Shown: positions 19,346 to 29,397 of the stretch, one piece after another
How positions within the stretch are numbered: position 1 is the first letter of the stretch
Layout of the letters: every line of letters begins with the position of its first letter
NCBI GenBank assembly: GCA_017479865.1
Contig: JAFVBS010000027.1
Coordinates: 108-64,107 of the forward strand
Direction: 5' to 3'
Length of the DNA: 64,000 nt
Source of the DNA: Clostridia bacterium
Lineage (GTDB): Bacteria; Bacillota; Clostridia; TANB77; CAG-508
Position numbers and translations under genes: made by a program
Notes under the pieces: generated by a model
Told to the model about the DNA's origin: nothing
Seen by the model: only the letters and a program-made list of their open reading frames with translations
The model's database searches: none

Positions 19346-19427
19346 ATGTGAAATATTTTTCATATTGTATTGACAAAAGAAATATAAATTTATATAATAT
19401 CTTCAAAATATGAAAAATATATCACAT
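19346..19427. promoter_or_regulatory. 20-bp inverted repeat pair bracketing the ABC-transporter promoter (candidate operators)
   Basis: atgtgaaatatttttcatat (19346-19365) and atatgaaaaatatatcacat (19408-19427) are reverse complements at 19 of 20 positions. Confidence 0.6.
19370..19398 (+). promoter_or_regulatory. consensus sigma-A promoter
   Basis: TTGACA (19370-19375), 17 nt spacer, TATAAT (19393-19398). Confidence 0.7.
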
Positions 19428-19439
19428 TAAGGAGGAAGT

Positions 19440-20150
19440 ATGAAAAATATTGTAGAACTAAAAAAGGTAAGCAAAGTCTATCAAATAGGAGATAATCAAT
19501 TTAAAGCATTAGATGACATAGATTTATGCATTAATCAAGGAGAAATGGTTGTTATTCTTGGCCCTTCTGGTGCCGGAAAATCAACTCTATTAAATTTGAT
19601 TGGTGGAATGGATACTCCAACATATGGAGAAGTAATTATTGATGGGGAAAATATATCTAAATATAACGAAGACAAATTATCAGATTATCGAGCAGAAAAT
19701 GTAGGTTTTATCTTTCAATTCTATAACATTTTACCTAGTTTAACGGTCAAAGAAAATGTTGATATTGTGAAAGATATTGTAAAAAGCCCAATTAGTACAG
19801 AAGAAGCTCTAAAAGGGGTTGGGCTTGAAGAACACAGCAAAAAATTTCCAAACCAATTATCAGGAGGGGAGCAACAAAGAGTATCTATTGCAAGAGCCAT
19901 TGCCAAAAATCCAAAATTACTACTTTGCGATGAACCAACAGGAGCGTTAGATTCTAAAACTGGCGTAGAAGTTTTAAAACTTTTAAGAAAGCAATGTGAT
20001 GGAAATGAGGGAGCCAATACGGTCATTATTGTTACGCATAATAGTCTCATAGCCGATATTGCAGATACAGTAATTCATGTAAAGAATGGCAAAATAGAAA
20101 AAGTAGTAACAAACGAACACCCTAAAAAGATTGATGAGGTGAAATGGTAA
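19440..20150 (+). CDS. ABC transporter ATP-binding protein (MacB/LolD-like)
   Basis: Walker [10 protein letters not shown], signature LSGGEQQR, Walker B LLLCDEPT. Confidence 0.9.
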   Translation: MKNIVELKKVSKVYQIGDNQFKALDDIDLCINQGEMVVILGPSGAGKSTLLNLIGGMDTPTYGEVIIDGENISKYNEDKLSDYRAENVGFIFQFYNILPSLTVKENVDIVKDIVKSPISTEEALKGVGLEEHSKKFPNQLSGGEQQRVSIARAIAKNPKLLLCDEPTGALDSKTGVEVLKLLRKQCDGNEGANTVIIVTHNSLIADIADTVIHVKNGKIEKVVTNEHPKKIDEVKW

Positions 20151-20151
20151 T

Positions 20152-22446
20152 ATGAAAACACTAAATAAAAAGATATGGAGAGATATTTGGCAAAATAAAT
20201 CTCAATTTATTTCAATCTTTATTATGACACTTTTGGGAATTCTTGCTTTTTCTGGTATACATGGCTATATGGACGGTATGGAATATAGCGCTATGAATTA
20301 CTATGATCAATATAATTTGCAAGACTTATGGCTCACAGGAGAAAATTTTTCAGAAGATGATTTAAAAGAAATTAAGAAAATAGATAATGTGAAAGATGCC
20401 GAACGAAAGTTATCTATTAATACTACTTTAGATGGCTATCATGATATTTCGTTAGAAACAAATTTTATAGAGTCAAACAACATTTCTAAATTCTATGTGG
20501 TAGAAGGAGAAGGTTTTGACATTAATCAAAAAGGAGTGTGGCTTGATAGTTATCTTGCTAATTATTTAAAAATTAAAGTAGGTGATGAAATTTCATTTAC
20601 CTATAAAACATATACAATAAAGGAAAAAGTTCTTGGGCTAGTTGATGTACCCGATCATGTATATTATATCAAAGATGATACGGCAATTTTCCCAACACAT
20701 AAGGATTACGGCTTTGTATATTTATCTATCAATGAATTTCCAATAGAGAACTATCATGTATTTCCTTATGTTATGGTTGATGTGGATGATACATCAATAT
20801 TAGATGAAACAAAATTAAAGATAGAAAACAATATTAAGGCAGCAAAAGCAGTAACAACAAGAGAAGATAATTTTTCATACAAAGGTTACAATTCAGAAAT
20901 AGAAGAAGGAGATACCTATTCGGGAGTATTTACATTTATGTTTTTATTCATAGCAATATTAGCTGTTGTTACAACAATGTATCGTTTTGTTAGAAAACAA
21001 CGCACTCAAATAGGAACAATGAAAGCACTTGGCATCAAAAAAAGAAAAATCATCATTCACTATGTCTCATTTGGCTTTTGGATTAGTCTCATTGCTAGCT
21101 GTTTCGGCATAGTAATAGGATTATTTACCATTGGAAATTTCTTCTTAAATATGGAAATGACATACTTTGTTGTGCCAGAATACCATATTTATGTTGTACC
21201 AGATGTTTATGTTTTAGCAGGATTAACAGTTGCTATTATTACAATTATTACGTATCTATCTTGTAGAACTGTGTTAAGGGAAAAGGCAGCTGATGCTATA
21301 CGTGTTGAAATACCAAAAGTAAAGCAGTCAAAATTTGATCTTACCAATAAAGGAATATTTAAAAATGCATCCTTGTCTACAAAGTGGAATTTAAGAGATA
21401 TTGCGCGTAATAAGGGAAGAACTATCATGGGAGCAGTTGGAATAATAGGCTGTACTATGATGCTGGTTTGTGCATTTGGAATGTTAGATACAATGAATTC
21501 ATATATTGATTGGCAGTTTGATACCTTATATCATTTTGAGTACAAACTTGATTTAGATGATAACTTGAGTAAAGTACAACTTGAAAAGCTAGAAGAAAAA
21601 TATGGTGATGCTACAAGTAAAACATATGGAATTGAATTTATGGATGGTAATACGAAAAAGGCCAATACATTGACGGTAAATGATAGCAAAGACAAGTTAA
21701 GATACACGGGACATGATAAGAATGTGATGGAATTAAAAGAGGGAGGCATATATATTACTGAAAAGCTATCAGTAACCTTAAACAAAAATGTTGGAGACGA
21801 AATTAAGTGGCATATTTTTGGAGAAGATACATGGTATACTTCAAAAATTGTTGGACTAAATCGTGATCCACAATCACAGGCATTTAATACGACAAGAAGT
21901 TATATTGAAAGTCTAAATATTGAATATGAACCAGATACCATTTATACAAACAATAATTTAGAGGGAGTAAAAGAAGTAGAAAATATTTCTAAAATTGCAG
22001 GAATTGAGAGCATTAAAACAGGTATTTTAAATATGATTAATACCGTTCGTATGATGGTTGTGCTACTCATTGCAATATCAGCTGTGTTAGGCTTTGTTAT
22101 TATTTATAATTTAGGCATTTTATCATTTGCTGAAAAACAATATCAATTTGCAACATTAAAGGTATTAGGCTATAAAAATAAGCAAATTAAAAAAATATTT
22201 ATAAAACAAAACACATGGATTACAATTGTTTCAGTAATTGTAGGATTGCCATTAGGCTATCTTATGGTAGACTATATCTTTAAATCAGCATTAGGCGAAA
22301 ACTATGACTTCCCTGCTGTCGTTAGTCTAATGACATATGTATATGCCACAATAGGAACCTTTATCGTATCATTCTTTGTCAATAGAGCATTAGCAAGAAA
22401 AGTAAAGAATATTGACATGGTAACAAGTTTGAAAGGAAATGAATAA
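20152..22446 (+). CDS. ABC transporter permease with two FtsX-like domains
   Basis: 764 aa. Two 4-TM FtsX modules are separated by large extracytoplasmic regions. The start lies 1 nt after the ATPase stop. Confidence 0.85.
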   Translation: MKTLNKKIWRDIWQNKSQFISIFIMTLLGILAFSGIHGYMDGMEYSAMNYYDQYNLQDLWLTGENFSEDDLKEIKKIDNVKDAERKLSINTTLDGYHDISLETNFIESNNISKFYVVEGEGFDINQKGVWLDSYLANYLKIKVGDEISFTYKTYTIKEKVLGLVDVPDHVYYIKDDTAIFPTHKDYGFVYLSINEFPIENYHVFPYVMVDVDDTSILDETKLKIENNIKAAKAVTTREDNFSYKGYNSEIEEGDTYSGVFTFMFLFIAILAVVTTMYRFVRKQRTQIGTMKALGIKKRKIIIHYVSFGFWISLIASCFGIVIGLFTIGNFFLNMEMTYFVVPEYHIYVVPDVYVLAGLTVAIITIITYLSCRTVLREKAADAIRVEIPKVKQSKFDLTNKGIFKNASLSTKWNLRDIARNKGRTIMGAVGIIGCTMMLVCAFGMLDTMNSYIDWQFDTLYHFEYKLDLDDNLSKVQLEKLEEKYGDATSKTYGIEFMDGNTKKANTLTVNDSKDKLRYTGHDKNVMELKEGGIYITEKLSVTLNKNVGDEIKWHIFGEDTWYTSKIVGLNRDPQSQAFNTTRSYIESLNIEYEPDTIYTNNNLEGVKEVENISKIAGIESIKTGILNMINTVRMMVVLLIAISAVLGFVIIYNLGILSFAEKQYQFATLKVLGYKNKQIKKIFIKQNTWITIVSVIVGLPLGYLMVDYIFKSALGENYDFPAVVSLMTYVYATIGTFIVSFFVNRALARKVKNIDMVTSLKGNE

Positions 22447-22493
22447 ACATCCTTATACTGAGAAAATTTTTTCAATATGAGGGTAAAAATTTT

Positions 22494-22527
22494 AAGCAAG
22501 TGGTTATTGATAATCACTTGCTTTTAT
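22494..22527 (+). terminator. rho-independent terminator
   Basis: aagcaagtg pairs with cacttgctt, followed by ttat. Confidence 0.6.
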
Positions 22528-22629
22528 GCTATGATCATCATTAGAAAAATATATAATTGAAACCTATTGCTTTTTTATCAAAAATGCGATAATATCATCT
22601 TAAATAACAAAGTACGGAGGAAAAGAAAA

Positions 22630-22791
22630 ATGATAGTAGATGGAAAAGGTAACTTGTTTGAAGATAGAAGAAAAGGCGCCAGCAGAAGAAAAAACGAATT
22701 TGATGCTAATGGTGGAAGACGTGAAGAAAAAGAAGATAGAAGAAAAGCATCACCACAACAATTGAAAGAAACTAAAAAAAGGAGAATTTAG
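22630..22791 (+). CDS. small highly basic protein (53 aa), hypothetical
   Basis: RBS acggagg 8-9 nt before ATG 22630. It ends 3 nt before folD. Arg/Lys/Glu-rich, no family recognised. Confidence 0.4.
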   Translation: MIVDGKGNLFEDRRKGASRRKNEFDANGGRREEKEDRRKASPQQLKETKKRRI

Positions 22792-22794
22792 GTT

Positions 22795-23640
22795 ATGGCA
22801 ATTCTCATGAATGGAAAAGAGCTTGCTATGAAAATAAGAGCAGGCTTAAAAGAGGAAGTAGAACAATTAAAACAAGTAAATATTTTTCCCAAATTAGCAG
22901 TCATTATGGTGGGTAATGATAAGGCCTCGGAAGTTTATGTGCGTAATAAAAGCAAAACGTGTAATGAAATTGGAATTGCATTTGAGGAGTTTTTGTTACC
23001 AGAAGAAACCAAAAGAGAAGAATTATTAAATCTTATTCAAACATTAAATAAAAGGGATGACATTCATGGCATTTTGCTGCAAAGTCCTATTCCAAAACAT
23101 TTAGACATTCGAGAGGCCTTTAATGCCATTGATTATCGAAAAGACGTTGATGGTTTTCATCCAATTAATGTAGGAAAGCTAGCCATTGGCGAAGAAGGAT
23201 TCGTGTCTTGTACACCAGCAGGAGTGATGAGAATGCTACAAGAATATGGCATAGAAGTGCAAGGAAAAAGGGCAGTAGTTATTGGAAGGAGCAATATTGT
23301 AGGAAAACCTTTGGCACAACTTTTATTAAATGCTAATGCTACAGTCACTGTTTGTCATTCGAAAACACAAAATATTGCAGAGATAACAAAACAAGCAGAT
23401 ATTTTAGTGGCAGCATTAGGAAAACCAAAATTTGTGACTGCTGACATGGTAAAAAAGGGAGCTACTGTGATTGATGTTGGCATTAATCGAACAGAAGAAG
23501 GAAAATTAGTAGGAGATGTTGATTTTACTGAAGTAGAGCCAATTGCATCCCATATAACACCAGTACCAGGAGGAGTGGGACCAATGACAATTGCTATGTT
23601 AATGCAAAATGTAATAAAAGCAGCAAAAGAACTTAATTAA
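22795..23640 (+). CDS. folD: bifunctional methylenetetrahydrofolate dehydrogenase/cyclohydrolase
   Basis: 281 aa. Motifs YVRNK, DVDGFHP, GRSNIVGKP and PGGVGPMT. Confidence 0.95.
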   Translation: MAILMNGKELAMKIRAGLKEEVEQLKQVNIFPKLAVIMVGNDKASEVYVRNKSKTCNEIGIAFEEFLLPEETKREELLNLIQTLNKRDDIHGILLQSPIPKHLDIREAFNAIDYRKDVDGFHPINVGKLAIGEEGFVSCTPAGVMRMLQEYGIEVQGKRAVVIGRSNIVGKPLAQLLLNANATVTVCHSKTQNIAEITKQADILVAALGKPKFVTADMVKKGATVIDVGINRTEEGKLVGDVDFTEVEPIASHITPVPGGVGPMTIAMLMQNVIKAAKELN

Positions 23641-23687
23641 TAGGGGAATGAAATTAAGAAAAATCGGGGGCTTGATAAGGAGGAAGA

Positions 23688-24332
23688 ATGAAAACAATTT
23701 ATCAAGCCGATATTTTTTATCCAGAAAAGTTAAGAAAAATTTATGCACCACCTGCCAAACTGTATCAGTTAGGTGAAAACAAAACTATTTTTCAAATGCC
23801 ATCCATTGCTATTATTGGATGTAGAGAGTGTAGCGGGTACGGAGCAAAAGTGGCTTATCAATTTGCCTATCAATTAGCCAAAAAAGGAGTATGCATTATT
23901 AGTGGTTTAGCAAAAGGAATTGATTCTTATGCACACAAGGGAGCAGTGGCTGCAAAAGGAAAAACGATTGCCGTTTTAGGAAGTGGGTTTTCACATATTT
24001 ATCCCAAAGAGAACGAATTACTTTGTCAGCAAATTATCCAGAATAGGGGAATTATATTAACAGAATATGAACCAAACATAAAACCACAAAAAATGCACTT
24101 CCCTGCCCGTAATCGACTCATTTCTGGACTGGCAGATGGTATTTTGGTAGTAGAGGCTAAACAAAAAAGTGGAACTCTCATTACCGTAGATTTTGGATTA
24201 GAACAGGGAAAAGAAATTTTTGCCATTCCAGGAGATATTAACAAAAATACCTCTGATGGAACTAATGACTTGATTAAGCAAGGGGCAAAATTAGTTACTA
24301 ATATTGAAGATATTTTAGAGGAAATGAAATAA
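23688..24332 (+). CDS. dprA: DNA-processing protein DprA (Rossmann-fold core only)
   Basis: 214 aa. Motifs GLAKGIDSYAHKGA, FPARNRLISGL and GTLITV. It lacks the N-terminal SAM-like and C-terminal winged-helix extensions. Confidence 0.8.
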   Translation: MKTIYQADIFYPEKLRKIYAPPAKLYQLGENKTIFQMPSIAIIGCRECSGYGAKVAYQFAYQLAKKGVCIISGLAKGIDSYAHKGAVAAKGKTIAVLGSGFSHIYPKENELLCQQIIQNRGIILTEYEPNIKPQKMHFPARNRLISGLADGILVVEAKQKSGTLITVDFGLEQGKEIFAIPGDINKNTSDGTNDLIKQGAKLVTNIEDILEEMK

Positions 24333-24404
24333 TCGTTGCTTTTTTTCTTCATTTTATGTTAAAATAGTACCATCAAGAATAAAAAGAGATAAAGGAAAAA
24401 GAAA

Positions 24405-25151
24405 ATGCCAAAATTTTTTGTTCATAGTAATCAAATAGAAGCAAGTCAAATTAAAATTGTAGGAGAAGATGTCAAACACATTAGTTCCGTATTACGTATA
24501 AAAATAGGAGAGGAAATTACTATTTGCAATCAGGAAACGAAGTTGAATTATCTTGCGAAAATTACAACAATAAACAAAGAAGCTGTTTTTTGTCAAATTA
24601 CAGATTGTATCAAACCATTTGTAGAAAGCAATATTAAAATAACAGTTTTTCAAGGACTTCCAAAGGCAAATAAAATGGAATATATTATTCAAAAAGCTAC
24701 TGAACTAGGAGCAACTAAAATAGTGCCAGTAGCAATGCAACGAAGTATAGTGAAATTAGAAGAAAAAACAGCACCTAAAAAGATTGAAAGATGGCAAAAA
24801 ATTGCAGAAACAGCCGCTAAGCAAAGTGGAAGAGATTATATTCCAAAAATCGAGCAAGTACAAACCATTTCAATGATTTGTGAAAAAATGCAAAGCAATG
24901 ATTTAACCTTACTAGCCTATGAAAATGAACAAAAAACAACATTGAAAGAGGAATTAAAGAAATTCAAAATAAAGCCAGAAGGGGCTAATGTAGGAATGAT
25001 TATCGGTCCAGAAGGTGGATTAGATAGTAAGGAAGTTGAAATATTAATTGCTGCAGGGGCAAAGCCTGTGACATTAGGAAAACGTATTTTAAGAACAGAA
25101 ACAGCATCCATTACCATGATAAGTGATATTATGTATGAATATGAAATGTAG
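24405..25151 (+). CDS. rsmE: 16S rRNA (uracil1498-N3)-methyltransferase
   Basis: 248 aa. PUA-like N-terminus and SPOUT C-terminus (IGPEGGL...LGKRILRTETA). Confidence 0.9.
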   Translation: MPKFFVHSNQIEASQIKIVGEDVKHISSVLRIKIGEEITICNQETKLNYLAKITTINKEAVFCQITDCIKPFVESNIKITVFQGLPKANKMEYIIQKATELGATKIVPVAMQRSIVKLEEKTAPKKIERWQKIAETAAKQSGRDYIPKIEQVQTISMICEKMQSNDLTLLAYENEQKTTLKEELKKFKIKPEGANVGMIIGPEGGLDSKEVEILIAAGAKPVTLGKRILRTETASITMISDIMYEYEM

Positions 25152-25166
25152 GGAGGAAATCACAAA

Positions 25167-25946
25167 ATGGCAGAACAGTCAGAAAAAATAAAACAAGAAA
25201 AGAATGGAACAAAAAAAGTAGCAACAGGGACAACCAACAAAACAGTTCAAAAAAGAAGTTCATCAATGGCAGGAAAAAAGCAGACAACTACCAAGAAAAA
25301 TCAAGAAAAATTAAAGACAGAGAAAAAAGCAACTACCACCACTCAGAAAAAAACAAAACAATCAGATAAAACAGAGAAAACGGTAAAAAAGCAGGTGACT
25401 AAAGCAAAAAGCAATCACAAAACAAAGCAAAAAGAGAAAAACGCAACAGCAGTCGTGGAACAAAAGAATATGCAAGAAATGCAAGAAGCTATTGTGGAAG
25501 AAATGAAGTCTCATCAAAAAATGTCAGAAGAAGAAAAAATGAAAATCAATACCAGAATTTTTGAAGAAGTATGTTTCGCAGTAGCCACTATGCTTTATCT
25601 TAATTTTATTATCCTGGGATTTATTAATATTGAAACAGGTGTCTTTTTGACAGATTTAAAAGTATTTGGCATTGCTGTACTTGTTATTGCAATTGGAATG
25701 TTGGAATATGCTTATCGAAAAGAAAGTGGTAAGTATTGTATACATGGAATTGAAATGGTACTTTTAGCGCTTACTACAATTTCACTTTTATTTGTTACCC
25801 TCATCCTAGAACCAAAATTTATAGCTATTGCAGCATTAATGAGCTTTCTGTTTGCTATTTATTATATTGCCAAAAGCATTACCATTTATTATAAAATGAA
25901 AAAGCAATATACAATTGACAATATGAAAAAAATAATTAAAAAATAA
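25167..25946 (+). CDS. hypothetical membrane protein with Lys/Thr-rich N-terminal region
   Basis: 259 aa. The first ~100 aa are K/T/Q low complexity, followed by about four TM helices. Confidence 0.55.
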   Translation: MAEQSEKIKQEKNGTKKVATGTTNKTVQKRSSSMAGKKQTTTKKNQEKLKTEKKATTTTQKKTKQSDKTEKTVKKQVTKAKSNHKTKQKEKNATAVVEQKNMQEMQEAIVEEMKSHQKMSEEEKMKINTRIFEEVCFAVATMLYLNFIILGFINIETGVFLTDLKVFGIAVLVIAIGMLEYAYRKESGKYCIHGIEMVLLALTTISLLFVTLILEPKFIAIAALMSFLFAIYYIAKSITIYYKMKKQYTIDNMKKIIKK

Positions 25947-25967
25947 TAAAAAGGAGCAAAAAAATCT

Positions 25968-26843
25968 ATGAATAGTATGACAGGATTTGGAAGAGCAAAG
26001 CTAGAAAGAGAAGGAAGAGAATACTTGGTTGAAATAAAGTCTGTTAATCATAAATATAGTGATATCAGCATCAAACTTCCACATAATCTTTTATATTTGG
26101 AAGACAAAATGCGTAAGGCTGTTTTAAATAGAATTGCAAGAGGTAAATTTGATATTTATGTTACCTATAACAATTATGGTATTGGAGGAAAAAAAGTAAT
26201 CATCAATAAAGAATTGGCAAAACTCTACATTGAGCAATTAAAAGAACTGGCAGAAGAAACAGAAATTACTAGTGGACTTCGTGTAACAGAAATATCAAAG
26301 TTGCCAGATGTGCTTAATGTTCAAATGGAGGAAGAAGAAAGTGATATAATAGGAAACGAATTGCTAGAATGTTTAGAAAATGCATTAGACAATTTGATTG
26401 ACATGAGAGCGATTGAAGGAAATAAAATTAAAAGAGATCTGGAAACAAGACTAGAAAAAATAGCGCAAAATGTCGATGAAATTTTGCAACATTCTACTGG
26501 ACTTGTGGAAGAATATGTAGTAAAATTAGAAGAAAGAATTAAAAAAATTCTACAAACTGATGTAATAGATCAAGCAAGACTAGCACAAGAGGTAGTAATT
26601 TATTCTGATAAGTGCTCTATTGAAGAAGAAATTACAAGATTAAAAAGCCATATCATGCAATTTAAAACATTGCTAGAACAAGAGGAACCTTGTGGAAAAA
26701 AATTAGACTTTCTAGTACAAGAAATGAACCGAGAAGTCAATACCATTGGTTCAAAGTCAGGCAAGCTAGAAATTACAAATTTAGTAGTAGAATTAAAAAC
26801 ACAAATAGAAGACGTAAGAGAGCAAATTCAAAATATTGAGTAA
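25968..26843 (+). CDS. yicC: YicC/YloC family endoribonuclease-like stress protein
   Basis: 291 aa. MTGFGRA N-terminus and C-terminal [17 protein letters not shown] motif. Confidence 0.85.
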   Translation: MNSMTGFGRAKLEREGREYLVEIKSVNHKYSDISIKLPHNLLYLEDKMRKAVLNRIARGKFDIYVTYNNYGIGGKKVIINKELAKLYIEQLKELAEETEITSGLRVTEISKLPDVLNVQMEEEESDIIGNELLECLENALDNLIDMRAIEGNKIKRDLETRLEKIAQNVDEILQHSTGLVEEYVVKLEERIKKILQTDVIDQARLAQEVVIYSDKCSIEEEITRLKSHIMQFKTLLEQEEPCGKKLDFLVQEMNREVNTIGSKSGKLEITNLVVELKTQIEDVREQIQNIE

Positions 26844-26859
26844 ATTTGAAGGAGGCGCT

Positions 26860-27117
26860 ATGCAACTCATTAATATTGGCTTTGGAAATATTGTTTCAGC
26901 AAATCGAATTGTTGCTATTGTTAGTCCTGAATCGGCACCCGTCAAAAGATTGGTACAAGAGGCAAAAGATAATGGAACAGCAGTCGATGCAACTTACGGA
27001 AGAAAAACAAGAGCAGTTCTTATTATGGATTCTGGACATGTGGTGCTATCGGCAATACAACCAGAGACTGTAGCAAGTAGAGCAGAAGAGGAACCAAAGA
27101 AAGAGCAAGAAGAGTAA
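26860..27117 (+). CDS. remA: RemA/YlzA (DUF370) regulator
   Basis: [31 protein letters not shown] is diagnostic. RBS gaaggagg. Confidence 0.85.
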   Translation: MQLINIGFGNIVSANRIVAIVSPESAPVKRLVQEAKDNGTAVDATYGRKTRAVLIMDSGHVVLSAIQPETVASRAEEEPKKEQEE

Positions 27118-27176
27118 AGAGGGAAATAGGAACCCATTCAAAAGACCTAAATATATAGATAAAGAAGGAAAGAAAA

Positions 27177-27365
27177 ATGTTAGTAAAACCAACTGTATTA
27201 GAATTATTAAATCAAGTAGATAGCCGTTTTCAATTAGTAACAGCAACGGCAAAGAGAGCAAGACAATTAGCAGCAGGAAGTAAACCATTAACGAAAAAAA
27301 GTGAACCATCTCCAGTGTCATTGGCTGCTGTTGAAATTGCAGAAGGTAAGGTGAAGGTATGTTAG
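27177..27365 (+). CDS. rpoZ: DNA-directed RNA polymerase subunit omega
   Basis: 62 aa. SRFQLVTATAKRARQL motif. Confidence 0.85.
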   Translation: MLVKPTVLELLNQVDSRFQLVTATAKRARQLAAGSKPLTKKSEPSPVSLAAVEIAEGKVKVC

Positions 27366-27934
27366 TATTATTATCTGGAGTATCTGGAGCAGGAAAAGAC
27401 ACCATCAAAAACCAATTAATTCAAAGAATGGAAAATGTAGAGTCACTTCCTTCTTTTACAGACAGAGCTCCAAGAAATAATGATATACCAGGAAAAACCT
27501 ACAATTTTGTCACAACAGAAGAATTTCAAAGAATGATTAAAGAGGGTGAGCTCTATGAATATTCTATTCATCATGAGCATTATTATGGTACCTCAAAAAA
27601 ATTATTAAATGAAAAAATTCAAAATGGTAAAATCATTGTCAAAGATATTGAGGTAAATGGAGTAGAAAATTTACTGGAGCTTTTAGGCAAGGAATTAAAA
27701 ATTGTTACTATTTTTTTGCGTGTACCAAAAGACGAACTCGAAAGGCGTCTCCGTAACAGAGAGGACAAGCCAAGTGAAGCAGAAATTGCTCTTCGTTTGG
27801 GAAGACTAGAATATGAAGAGTCAAAAATGGAAATGTATGATTATGTCATCAAAAATAATGACTTAGAAAAAACGATTCAAATTATCCAGTCAATTATCGA
27901 AAACGAAAATAAAACACAGAATGTAGAGTTTTAA
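27359..27934 (+). CDS. gmk: guanylate kinase-like protein
   Basis: P-loop SGVSGAGKDT, SFTDRAPR...GKTYNFV, YYGTS. Divergent from canonical Gmk. Overlaps rpoZ by 7 nt. Confidence 0.7.
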   Translation: MLVLLSGVSGAGKDTIKNQLIQRMENVESLPSFTDRAPRNNDIPGKTYNFVTTEEFQRMIKEGELYEYSIHHEHYYGTSKKLLNEKIQNGKIIVKDIEVNGVENLLELLGKELKIVTIFLRVPKDELERRLRNREDKPSEAEIALRLGRLEYEESKMEMYDYVIKNNDLEKTIQIIQSIIENENKTQNVEF

Positions 27935-27958
27935 AAAAATCGGATAGGAGAAAGCAAA

Positions 27959-28789
27959 GTGGAGTATAGTATTACCATCTATTTTTTGCTCTTCATGATA
28001 CTTGCCTGTAGTGGTTGGATTATGGAGATGATTTTACAAGTTGTTCAACGCCATAAAATTGTAAATAGGGGATTTTTAATTGGGCCATATTGCCCAATTT
28101 ATGGTTTTGGAGGATTGTTTATTACTTTATTTTTAACACAATTCAAAGAACATCCCATTCTTTTATTTTTCATGGCGGTAATGGTTTGTGGCATATTAGA
28201 ATATCTCACGAGTTATTTTATGGAAAAAATATTTCATGCAAGATGGTGGGATTATAGTACAAAAAAGTTTAATCTTCATGGTAGAATTTGCCTGGGAACT
28301 GTTATTCCTTTTGGAATGATGTGAATTATTGTGATTTATCTTGTGAACCCATTTGTATTTGCAATATTAAGCAATGTGCCAGAGAATGTATTAAATATGA
28401 TTGCGGCTACCTTAGCAACTTTATTATTAATTGATTCTATTGTTTCTTATCGCATTATTTCAAATGTTAAAAAAACTACAGTCAAGTTTAATCAAGAGGG
28501 CGTCAAAGATAATACAGAAGAAATTTCTACCAAAGTTAGAGAAACACTAAGAAATCAATCCTTCTTGAATAGAAGACTGGTTGATGCGTTCCCTAATTTA
28601 ACAGCTATTTTAAAAGAACAAGGGGAAAAAATTAAGCGAAAAACAGCAGAAGTCAAAGAAGAAGTGGCCAATAGAGCAAGTGAAGTGAAAGAAGATATTA
28701 GTAATAGAGCTAGTGAAATGAAGGAAGGATTTGTTAGCAAAGCCTCTGAAGTAAAAAAGGAAATTTCAAAAAAGATTGATAAAAAATAG
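27959..28789 (+). pseudogene. DUF1113 / 'putative ABC-transporter type IV' family membrane protein interrupted by an in-frame TGA (28322-28324)
   Basis: ORFs 27959-28324 and 28331-28789 are in the same frame: ...GRICLGTVIPFGMM*IIVIYLVNPF.... Family members are normally continuous across this point. Confidence 0.65.
28643..28774 (+). repeat. four tandem 33-nt (11-aa) repeats in the C-terminal tail of the DUF1113-like gene
   Basis: TAEVKEEVANR / ASEVKEDISNR / ASEMKEGFVSK / ASEVKKEISKK. Confidence 0.55.
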
Positions 28790-28830
28790 CCCAATAGAAG
28801 AATATTAAAAACTCTATTGAAGAATGTAAG

Positions 28831-28867
28831 AAAAATCACAAAAGTCAAATGACCTTTGTGATTTTTT
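28831..28867. terminator. bidirectional hairpin terminator
   Basis: aaaaatcacaaa (28831-28842) pairs with tttgtgattttt (28855-28866). It lies between convergent genes. Confidence 0.55.
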
Positions 28868-28870
28868 TCC

Positions 28871-29305
28871 TTATAATTCCAAAATGGCTTTTCTTGCAAG
28901 TTCATCGCAACGATTATTATACTGATTGTCACTATGACCTTTTACTTTGTGAAAGGTCACCTCATGAGTTTTAGTAAGAGCAAGCAACTCTTGCCAAAGC
29001 TCTTTGTTTTTTACCTCTTTTTTATCAGAAGTTTTCCAATTATTTTTTACCCAACTAATAGTCCAATGTTGTAAAAAGGCATTAACCACATAAGCACTAT
29101 CACTATACAAGTCTACCTTGCAAGGAAACTTTAATAGTTTTAATGCCTCAATGACTGCTGTAAGTTCCATCACATTATTGGTTGTATCTTTTTTTCCACC
29201 AGAAATTTCTCTTTTATTTTCCCCGTACATTAAAATAGCACCCCAACCACCAGGACCTGGGTTTCCACTACAGGCTCCATCTGTATAAATTATTACCTTT
29301 TCCAT
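28871..29305 (-). CDS. rnhA: ribonuclease HI
   Basis: [22 protein letters not shown]...TNNVMEL...DS.Y...KVKGHS...N..CD. Start is at the internal ATG 29305. Confidence 0.9.
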   Translation of the reverse strand: MEKVIIYTDGACSGNPGPGGWGAILMYGENKREISGGKKDTTNNVMELTAVIEALKLLKFPCKVDLYSDSAYVVNAFLQHWTISWVKNNWKTSDKKEVKNKELWQELLALTKTHEVTFHKVKGHSDNQYNNRCDELARKAILEL

Positions 29306-29397
29306 GTTACCTAAATTTCTCCTTTGCACATTGTCAATTCTCTAATTTTATGATATTATATCAATAAATGAATTTAAGTCAAGAGGAGGAACCTTCT

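Noticed and set aside
19346-19427. Inverted repeats flanking the ABC-transporter promoter as an invertible (phase-variable) promoter switch
   Set aside because: Only 42 bp separate the repeats, which is much shorter than known invertons. No invertase or recombinase gene is nearby. An operator pair is the simpler reading. It remains a low-probability alternative, testable with paired-read orientation analysis.
28322-28324. In-frame TGA as selenocysteine or an alternative genetic code (TGA=Trp/Gly)
   Set aside because: Several well-supported neighbouring genes terminate at TGA, some with ATGA start overlaps. No SECIS-like hairpin follows the codon. A single occurrence fits a nonsense change or error better.
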